DNA of 59,958 nucleotides, the filler included. It is 7 parts of 7 records of this genome, joined end to end, with 100 filler letters (N's around TTAATTAATTAA, not from the genome) between each part and the next. Parts side by side here need not be neighbours in the genome. Positions count along the whole stretch, not along the records: positions 50,588 to 59,958 come from SRR31147125_21923; 6 more parts are not named here. One strand, 5' to 3'. The notes under the pieces were generated by a model. The model saw only the letters and a list, made by a program, of their open reading frames with translations, did no database searches and was not told the origin of the DNA. This document shows positions 52,903 to 59,958 of this stretch, one piece after another (within the stretch, counting starts at the first letter, position 1; the number at the start of each line of letters is the position of its first letter). Made by a program: the position numbers and the translations under genes.

Positions 52903-53946
52903 CTACTTGATAGCGTCAATAATGACCCGATATTGATCCTTCTTGCTCATCAGGTATCCCTTGGCGTCGGTAGAAGGTTTGAAATTAGGAATAAAGGATT
53001 TTTTCTGTGTTTCCTGAATTGTACCTTCTGTAAAAATTTCGGTGAGTGCTTTATCCAGATATGCCACTGCTTCCGGGCTCATATCTTTGTTGTATAAAAA
53101 GAAGAATTCTTTATCGAATGTGAAATCTTTTGTGCCGTCCTGAGTTACTGACTGCTTCGGGGTAACGAACTCAAGAAGCATCGCCCTGGTGGTTTCGCCC
53201 ATTCCCTGTTCGTTGGCCTGCTCAATCGTTTCCTGTCTTGCAGTAAGCCACAGAAACTTCATGGCCTTCTGATCTTCGGCAGGCAGCCGTGTATACTGTT
53301 CATTAGCCTGAACCGATCCGTTGATAACATCTGCCTGTCCGTCGAATAGCAGCTGATTTTTATCTGCCTGAGAACCAGTGTTCACTGCCACCAGATTTTC
53401 CTCTTTACCTGGGTGTGTAAGTTTGATTGCGTTCTTCAGAGCACTGAAACCGATCTCAGATACGCCGCCGGGCTGAATGGCAACCCTGACTTTTTCACCG
53501 TTGCCGCAGGCTGCAATAACATCTGCTATGCTATTGTACGGAGAGCTCTTCGGTGCCAGGTAGGCATTCCCTGGGTTTATCGCGACAGTCGGGCCGACAT
53601 TGTATTCGGAGAAAATATCCTTGTAACCTTTTCTCCCGTATAGGAAACCAAGATATGATTGATCATGAAAGATCATCAGTGTATTACCGCTTGATACCTT
53701 TTCAAGAGCTTTAAACGCAGCCGAGGCCCCTACAGCATCAACCTTTACATTGGTACCGAGCTTTTCAGCCAGTGCCTGAGCAACAATGCTCGAGTTCTGA
53801 TAGGTGTCGCCGCCCGTTGATTTGGAGCCGATTACGATCCTGATATTGCCTTTGATTGGACTTTTTGCCGCCGCAACAGCATTGTTGACCCAGATTAGTG
53901 CCGTCACTGTAAGAAAAACCCCCAATACTTTCCACGCCTGCTTCAT
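52903..53946 (-). CDS. TctC/Bug-like substrate-binding protein
   Basis: Signal peptide from MKQAWK (GGAGGAGG RBS), IRIVIGSKSTGGDTY; first gene of tctCBA-like operon. Confidence 0.8.
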   Translation of the reverse strand: MKQAWKVLGVFLTVTALIWVNNAVAAAKSPIKGNIRIVIGSKSTGGDTYQNSSIVAQALAEKLGTNVKVDAVGASAAFKALEKVSSGNTLMIFHDQSYLGFLYGRKGYKDIFSEYNVGPTVAINPGNAYLAPKSSPYNSIADVIAACGNGEKVRVAIQPGGVSEIGFSALKNAIKLTHPGKEENLVAVNTGSQADKNQLLFDGQADVINGSVQANEQYTRLPAEDQKAMKFLWLTARQETIEQANEQGMGETTRAMLLEFVTPKQSVTQDGTKDFTFDKEFFFLYNKDMSPEAVAYLDKALTEIFTEGTIQETQKKSFIPNFKPSTDAKGYLMSKKDQYRVIIDAIK

Positions 53947-54047
53947 GACTTCCTCCTCCTGTTTAGTTCTGATTATTTGCCGATACAAAGAAAATGTAGC
54001 GGCTGACCCGCAATCGATAAACGTCTGACACAGTTTTAGGCAAACCA

Positions 54048-54105
54048 TGATGATAGCGCTACCATCACAATCGCCAATGTAAGCGCTAACATTAATAACT
54101 GTCAA
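54048..54105 (-). promoter_or_regulatory. Sigma70-like promoter with two LacI-type operators upstream of tctC
   Basis: TGATGATAGCGCTACCATCA (54048-54067) and AATGTAAGCGCTAACATT (54076-54093); TTGACA on minus strand at 54100-54105. Confidence 0.65.
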
Positions 54106-54529
54106 GAGAAATGTGGTTCAGAAACTTGTTATACTTAAGGGAACCTTGATAACATGTGGAGATAGAAACAGGAATAGTTACTTCTGCTCCTATTTATTTG
54201 AAAAATTTTTAACTAGAAGCAACCTGAAGATTCAAGATGCACCAGCTATCTCGCCTATCCTCCCCTCCAGCAGGACCGTCCAAAGGACATGTAAACGTTT
54301 TCTCAGGATAGTCGAATAGATCTGGAACCATCTCTATCCAATCAATAATGACCAAACGAAAATTGCAATACTACCACAGCAATTTTGCAAATAAAAACTA
54401 TGTTATTAAATGTTTATCCAGAACCTGCACGATAGTTTCACATGAGTTTCACGAATAAATTCAGCCGGGTCATAGTAGTTTTCCACTACATGATACTTTT
54501 TCGACACGGAGAAAGCACAAGCGAAGCTT

Positions 54530-54543
54530 TGTAATCGATTACT
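54530..54543. promoter_or_regulatory. LacI/FruR-type operator (distal)
   Basis: TGTAATCGATTACT with perfect GTAATCGATTAC core. Confidence 0.55.
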
Positions 54544-54693
54544 ATGCAAAATCCCCCGGAATACCGATCACTCCACTCCATCTCCCTCGTCATACAAATC
54601 GACAACACCTCCATATTCATCTGTTTTATTGGATTGAAATCGGATTTAGGGTAACAAGAAAACAAGCATTATATAGTTTACATAAATCAGGTG

Positions 54694-54723
54694 TTGACAT
54701 ACATTTGTGTAACCGATTACAAA
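54694..54723 (+). promoter_or_regulatory. Sigma70-like promoter with embedded LacI/FruR-type operator
   Basis: TTGACA at 54694; TGTAACCGATTACA at 54708-54721. Confidence 0.6.
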
Positions 54724-54843
54724 GATATTCAGATAGTGGAGCCATCGATCACCGCGATTCACTGGGTGTCGCCAGTTCTGAATCAGTTACCTGGTGCCCT
54801 GTACATAAGTGGTCCACGTAACGTGTTTGAAAAGAAGGCTCGA

Positions 54844-55105
54844 ATGACTATGGCAATTCAAGTGATAAGCGACTTCCAGGGCGGGGGTGTGCGGCAACAC
54901 AGCCGCGAATCCCAGCATCGCGACCCTGCTGGTCGGTCTGGGAGTCACGGAGCTGTCCGTCAGCCCGGCCAATGTGGCGGCGGTTAAAAACATCATCCGA
55001 GCCGTCAAGTACTCCAAACTACAGAAGAAAGCAGACAAAGTACTGCAGCTCGACAGTTCAGAGGCTGTGATGGAGTTGTATAGAAACAACGACGACCTGT
55101 TATAG
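54844..55105 (+). pseudogene. Remnant of PTS enzyme I (PtsI/multiphosphoryl-transfer protein) C-terminus
   Basis: GVCGNTAANP...LLVGLGVTELSVSP...VKNIIR; only ~75 aa remain, preceded by an out-of-frame MTMAIQVISDFQ start. Confidence 0.75.
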
Positions 55106-55138
55106 CATCCACCATCTTACTATACCGAGGAGGCATCC

Positions 55139-56675
55139 ATGACATCACAATATAGTAAATACAGCTCTGAGGGCCTGCTGATACCCGAGAAAAACCTTGC
55201 CTGGAACATGTACGGTGCGGGTGAAGAAAATATAGGAAAAGACGGAAAACCCGAGGAGTTCAGTGTTCCGCAGCCGGCAGCAAACCAGATGTTAGTGCGA
55301 GTCGACAGCGTCGGGCTCTGTTTTTCCGATGTGAAGCTGATCAACATGGGGAGAAAACACCCCAAGCTTTACAATCGCAATCTCACCAAGGAGCCTACCA
55401 GGCTGGGTCATGAGGCAAGCCTTACCGTCATAGCCGTGGGCGACGAGCTGAAAGACATATACACGCCCGGCCAGAGGCTGGCTGTACAGCCGGATATCTA
55501 TCAAAACGGCAAGAGTACCGCATACGGATACACCATCCCCGGCGGCCTCATACAATACCACCTGATCGGTCCGGAGATGCTCGAGATCGACGAGGGAGCC
55601 TGCCTGCTCGATGTCGGTACCGGTATGGGCTATGCAGAGGCATCTCTGCTTGAGCCCTGGGGCTGCGTTCTGGCATCCTACACCCAGAGAAGACGGCTTG
55701 ATCCCAAGGAAGGTGGCGGCATGTGGATAATCGGCAAGCCCGGTGATACGCGTGACTATAACTTTTCAGCAGGTATCGAAGCTCCCGCAACCATAATTCT
55801 CTCCGATGCTCCCGAATCTGTCGCGAAACTCACCGGACAGACATCGGCCCGGATTGTGGTCCGCGACAATGTTGCACCTGACCAGTACCAGGCACTTTCT
55901 GAAGAATTCACCGGTGGTGCCGGTTTTGACGACATCGTCATGCTCGATCCGCGCTCTGCAGAGACAGTGAGCGCCGTGGCCAGGCACATCATGCGCAGAG
56001 GAACCCTGAACATGGTGGGCGAGACCCCACTCGACGGATTGGTCAGCGCCGACGTGGGTCGTCTTCACTACGACTACATCGCTTTTATCGGCAGCCAGGG
56101 CCCGGATATCGGAGCGTCCTACGGCGGAGAGCGAAACCGCTGCGAACTGAAAAAGGTGGAACAACGGTATTCGTCGTAGCTGGCGGCCCTATGGGCCAGA
56201 TGCATGTCCAGAGGGCTATAGAGCTTCCGGAAGGACCGAGGTGATGGCCGAGGCGGATACCCTGATGAATAAAGACGGCATGCTCGTTTTTTTTGCTGGC
56301 GTCCCCAACGGAACAATGGCTCATCTTGATTTGAGTACGGTTTTTATGGCCAATGCCCAGTATACCGGCACCTCGGGTTTGAGTCTTGACGACCAGTTCC
56401 ACGTGTTGGACCAGGCTTCCAAAGGAGCGCTGTCTCCAGGACGAAGTGTTGGTGCCATAGGGGGCATGCAGGTAGCGAGAGAAGGCATCCAGGCGGTTAT
56501 CGAGGGGCGTTTTGCCGGAAAGATTATCATTTTCCCCCAGTTCAATGATCTTCCACTGATTGGACTCGATGAATTACACGAAACCGAGCCCGAGATCGCA
56601 GCGAAACTGGAACCGGGCAATATGTGGACCGCCGAAGCGGAAGAAGCGCTGTTTGAAAAATACTACAAGGGCTGA
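55139..56675 (+). pseudogene. Zinc-binding (sorbose-1-phosphate reductase-like) dehydrogenase, frameshifted and internally deleted
   Basis: VGLCFSDVKL, LGHE, EPWGCV; then GGTTVFVVAGGPMGQMHVQRA in another frame; jump at ~56240 to MAEADTLM...FAG. Confidence 0.75.
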
Positions 56676-56678
56676 AAC

Positions 56679-57614
56679 ATGATCTGTACGGTGACACTCA
56701 ATCCCGCCGTAGACCGCGAGTTGACAGTTGATAGCATAGTTTTCGATACTGTCCTTCGGGCCTCGGAATGGCAGGTTGACTGCGGTGGAAAAGGCTTCAA
56801 CGTGGCCCGCATGCTGAAATCACTTGGGACGCCGAGCATTGCGCTCGGCTTTGCAGCGGGAAAAAGCGGCGAAATGCTTCAGGGGATGCTGGAGGGGCTT
56901 GGAATCGAGACCGATTTCGTCTGGGTTGCAGGGGAAACCCGGACGAATGTTTCCATTGTCAGCGCTGACAATGAAAATTACGTAAAGGTCAACGAGCCGG
57001 GTCCCACCATTTCCGCAGCAGATCTCATCACGCTGGCGGATAAGATGCGTGATCGTGTTCAGGCCGGTGACTGGTGGGTGTTGGCCGGCAGTCTTTCTCC
57101 GGGGGTACCAGCGAACTATTACCGTGAGCTCATAGACATTATCCAGTCAGCTGGAGCCAGGGTCTTCTTAGACACCAGCAACGAGGCCCTGACACAGAGC
57201 TGCGGCGCCGGGCCAACATTGGTCAAGCCAAACGATGAGGAAGCGCACGAGCTGACCGGACTTCCCATCACGACCCCGGCAGAGATTGTCGCGGCAGGGA
57301 GTGCTATTGCCGAAATGGGACCGGAAAACGTGGTCATCTCACTCGGAAAAAAAGGTGCCCTGCTGGTGAGCGAGGGCAAGGGGTGGCTTGCCGCCAGTCC
57401 GGAAATAGTTGAGGCAAACCCCATCGGTGCCGGCGATTCCATGGTAGCCGGTATGGTATGGGGGCTCAGCCAGGGGGACAGCATGCGGGATGCGCTCTGT
57501 AAAGGGATTGCCTGCGGTGCGGCAACCGCGAGCTGCAACGGCACAACAGTGGGTTCGCTCCGGCAGGTACAGGAATTGTTGGAAAAAGTTGAGCTCAGCG
57601 ACGTGCCGTCTTGA
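56679..57614 (+). CDS. 1-phosphofructokinase/tagatose-6-phosphate kinase (PfkB family)
   Basis: TVTLNPAVD, GGKGFNVA, ETRTNV, KPNDEE, GAGDSMVAG. Confidence 0.92.
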   Translation: MICTVTLNPAVDRELTVDSIVFDTVLRASEWQVDCGGKGFNVARMLKSLGTPSIALGFAAGKSGEMLQGMLEGLGIETDFVWVAGETRTNVSIVSADNENYVKVNEPGPTISAADLITLADKMRDRVQAGDWWVLAGSLSPGVPANYYRELIDIIQSAGARVFLDTSNEALTQSCGAGPTLVKPNDEEAHELTGLPITTPAEIVAAGSAIAEMGPENVVISLGKKGALLVSEGKGWLAASPEIVEANPIGAGDSMVAGMVWGLSQGDSMRDALCKGIACGAATASCNGTTVGSLRQVQELLEKVELSDVPS

Positions 57615-57898
57615 ACTATTCGCTGAGAAAAAAACACCGCCTGTCCACGTCGTACGGTTATTGACTGGTTATATGCCATCCGCACCTTTGTCTGTAATCG
57701 CAGCAGTTCCATACAATAATTATCGGAATCCCGTGCTGAATGTGACCCACGAAAAGATACAGGACCTGGCCGGGATGAATAGATCACGCTTATCACAGAC
57801 AACAATACAAATGTTCCGGACAGCGCTGAACGCTGCTGAGGCCAACATTTGAGAGATTCTCTATCACAACATCAGATACTATCATCGGAGGAAGAACT

Positions 57899-57976
57899 AT
57901 GCTTACGATCGCCATTAATGGTTTTGGGAGAATAGGAAAACTGACATTCCGGCAAATATTTGGGGATGATCGGTAG
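57899..57976 (+). pseudogene. gap: N-terminal remnant of glyceraldehyde-3-phosphate dehydrogenase
   Basis: GGAGG RBS then MLTIAINGFGRIGKLTFRQIFGDDR*; INGFGRIG is the GAPDH signature. Confidence 0.8.
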
Positions 57977-58373
57977 AGACGACGACAAATATCGAATTCC
58001 ATATAAAAGAACCAGTGGAAAATAACCGGCAAGACTTCTGGAAAAAGTCGCTGCATGACAGATATTTTGCCCCTCTGAGGTGTTGAAATTCCACATAATG
58101 TATTATTTTTGTATAGTTCAATAGTTCCAAGCTTTCAACGACATTTAACATGCTCCAGTTTCTTGCTGGGTCTGATCGGCTGCGTGACTGGCCAAGGCTC
58201 AGTTATTGATTGATAAATTAGCTATATAGATATACACGTTTCACACCATCTGGAGTGGATGTTTCACAATAAAAACACAACGACAATACAGGAAAGACAG
58301 TATTTGTACTATATTGATAAAGTACGTTGGGGGAGGCTTGCGTTTGCCCGGTAAACCAATTACTGTAAAATGA

Positions 58374-59459
58374 TTGATTAATGGTTCGATTCCAACCGAG
58401 AACGAACGTGACACGAACGCTTTTGATATGCACAGGAACAAAAAACTACAGGCCACTCAACCGGCAGGGAACAATTCTCACAAAACTGATCCTCTGTATC
58501 AGAAAGTTGCCGATCACATCCGCCGGTGCATCACCCATGGGAATCTCGCCAACCGGGTCATTCTTACGGAATCGAGCATCAGCAGGATATTGAATATAAG
58601 CCGGACACCTGCCCGAAAGGCACTCGCACAGCTTGAACAGGAAACCCTCATACAGCGAAGAAGTACTCGCGGCTATGTGGTTGGAAACAGGCCTGAAGGA
58701 CCATCGCTGAAATTGACACCCGAGATGGTCCAGCTCCCTTCCGAAGACGATTTTCTTCACCCGGTAGAAGAGTGGCAAGGCGTGTATGAAAAAATAGAGA
58801 GTGAGATTGTCAGGCAGTCGATCCTTTCGAAGCACCGCCTCAATGCCCACATGCTGGCACAATATTATGGGTGTAATCGCAGTACGATTCAGGAGGTGCT
58901 CTATAAACTGGAAGTGAGTGGACTGGTGCAGAGACATTATCAGTCGAAATGGACCATCGTACCTCTTGATGATACACGGCTTCACGCCATCTTCGATGTG
59001 CGAAGCTGGCTCGAACCCAATTTACTGGCTCAGGCGATACCGGAGATTCCGAAAGACGTGCTGAACAGGGTGATTGCAGGTCACAAAGATGCGTTATCGA
59101 GATTTCCCGATACGACTCCTGCCGAACTCAATCAGCTTGAACTTGATATGCATGACGGACTGTTGCAGTATGCACAAAACGGTGTTGCCATGGTAGCTCT
59201 GCAGTCAGCCAAGGCGGGCCTTATCTCGAGCAAACATATCGTCGCGTCCAAAGAGGTACCGCTCGGCAGCGAAGATCCCTTCATTGAAGAACACATCGAT
59301 ATCCTCGAAGCAATCAACCGCCGGGACAAGGATGAAAGCAGGCTGCGGCTTCAGGCTCATCTGATCAAATCACGGCGGAAGGTGATAAAACGCCTGGGAA
59401 TGTTTCGAAACGTCATACTTAAAAACCCGACCGAATTCATGAAACCGTGGGTAAAATAA
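58374..59459 (+). CDS. GntR family regulator with two winged-HTH modules and FCD domain
   Basis: PLYQKVADHIR..I...SRTPARKAL; second HTH LAQYYGCNRSTIQEVL; FDVRSWLEP, EEHIDIL. Confidence 0.85.
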   Translation: MINGSIPTENERDTNAFDMHRNKKLQATQPAGNNSHKTDPLYQKVADHIRRCITHGNLANRVILTESSISRILNISRTPARKALAQLEQETLIQRRSTRGYVVGNRPEGPSLKLTPEMVQLPSEDDFLHPVEEWQGVYEKIESEIVRQSILSKHRLNAHMLAQYYGCNRSTIQEVLYKLEVSGLVQRHYQSKWTIVPLDDTRLHAIFDVRSWLEPNLLAQAIPEIPKDVLNRVIAGHKDALSRFPDTTPAELNQLELDMHDGLLQYAQNGVAMVALQSAKAGLISSKHIVASKEVPLGSEDPFIEEHIDILEAINRRDKDESRLRLQAHLIKSRRKVIKRLGMFRNVILKNPTEFMKPWVK

Positions 59460-59707
59460 GAAATCGGAGCGACAGACTAAATGTTTCGATAATAACCAGG
59501 GAACTGAATTTTTTCGAGCTTTGTGCGAAAATCATTCTGCCCCCGAATCGAAAGTACGGAAATATAAAACAATCCCCAACAGCAGTTTCAACTCCTTCCA
59601 AACAATTTCTGAAGGATAGAGACAATATCTTTTTCGTCACACTCTTTCGGGTTGGTCAACTGCATGCCCGAGTTCAGTGTTCGATCAGCGATACGCGACA
59701 TAAGCTC

Positions 59708-59914
59708 ATGGATCATCATCCCTCAAGCGAGGGGACGACACTTGCGGAGACAGAAAAACGCTGTATTGAACATGCACTTGCGCAACCCAAAGGGATTGTC
59801 GGAGGATCGTAAGGAGCCGCAAAATTGCTGGATATACCGAAATCGACCCTCCAGTATCGTCTGAAAAAATTCAATCTCAAACCATCCGACTATAACATAG
59901 TGCACGGTGTGTGA
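59708..59914 (+). pseudogene. Remnant of sigma54-activator (FhlA/NtrC-type) C-terminal Fis HTH with in-frame stop
   Basis: TLAETEKRCIEHAL...GIVGGS*GAAKLLDIPKSTLQYRLKK. Confidence 0.7.
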
Positions 59915-59958
59915 GAGACTGCGACGTGCAGGTTCCTAGAGCAGCGACGGACGTTTTT

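Overview
The window is not one locus. It is seven unrelated contigs joined by six artificial 100-nt linkers (N44-TTAATTAATTAA-N44). A (1-5626, AT-rich, Fusobacteriota-like): rnfD start, rnfC, pth and a polar amino-acid ABC transporter with two tandem binding proteins. B (5727-16512, Clostridia-like): spc-alpha ribosomal operon (rplE to rplQ) plus ECF ATPases. C (16613-24814, GC-rich, Desulfobacterota-like): cdaR/ybbR, coaX, MBL hydrolase, zinc-ribbon protein, two PilT-family ATPases each preceded by a sigma28-like promoter, divIVA, yggT, moaD/thiS and an aldehyde:ferredoxin oxidoreductase. D (24915-30616): the most interesting part, an apparent ~4.2-kb integron gene cassette (GTTATATG core at 25006, attC at 29073-29206) carrying a coupled three-gene unit (membrane-anchored periplasmic-binding protein, B12-type radical SAM enzyme, Na+/alanine-glycine symporter), followed by a truncated glycoside hydrolase and a GDPD gene bracketed by a 61-bp REP-like direct repeat. 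E (30717-42068, Clostridia-like): sugar ABC permeases, YesM/YesN-like two-component system and a metal-uptake island (ECF module, AraC, DtxR, FepC-like ATPase) with three DtxR-type boxes. F (42169-50487): sucrose PTS and hydrolase, MCP, yjbQ, two orphan acidic lipoproteins behind a sigma28-like promoter, AddA-like nuclease tail. G (50588-59958): garD-like start, TctABC-type transporter with LacI-type operators, a decaying PTS sugar operon and a GntR regulator. Many 1-2 nt frameshifts, including one in essential rpsH, probably reflect sequencing error. Taxonomic labels are impressions from composition and gene content, not search results.
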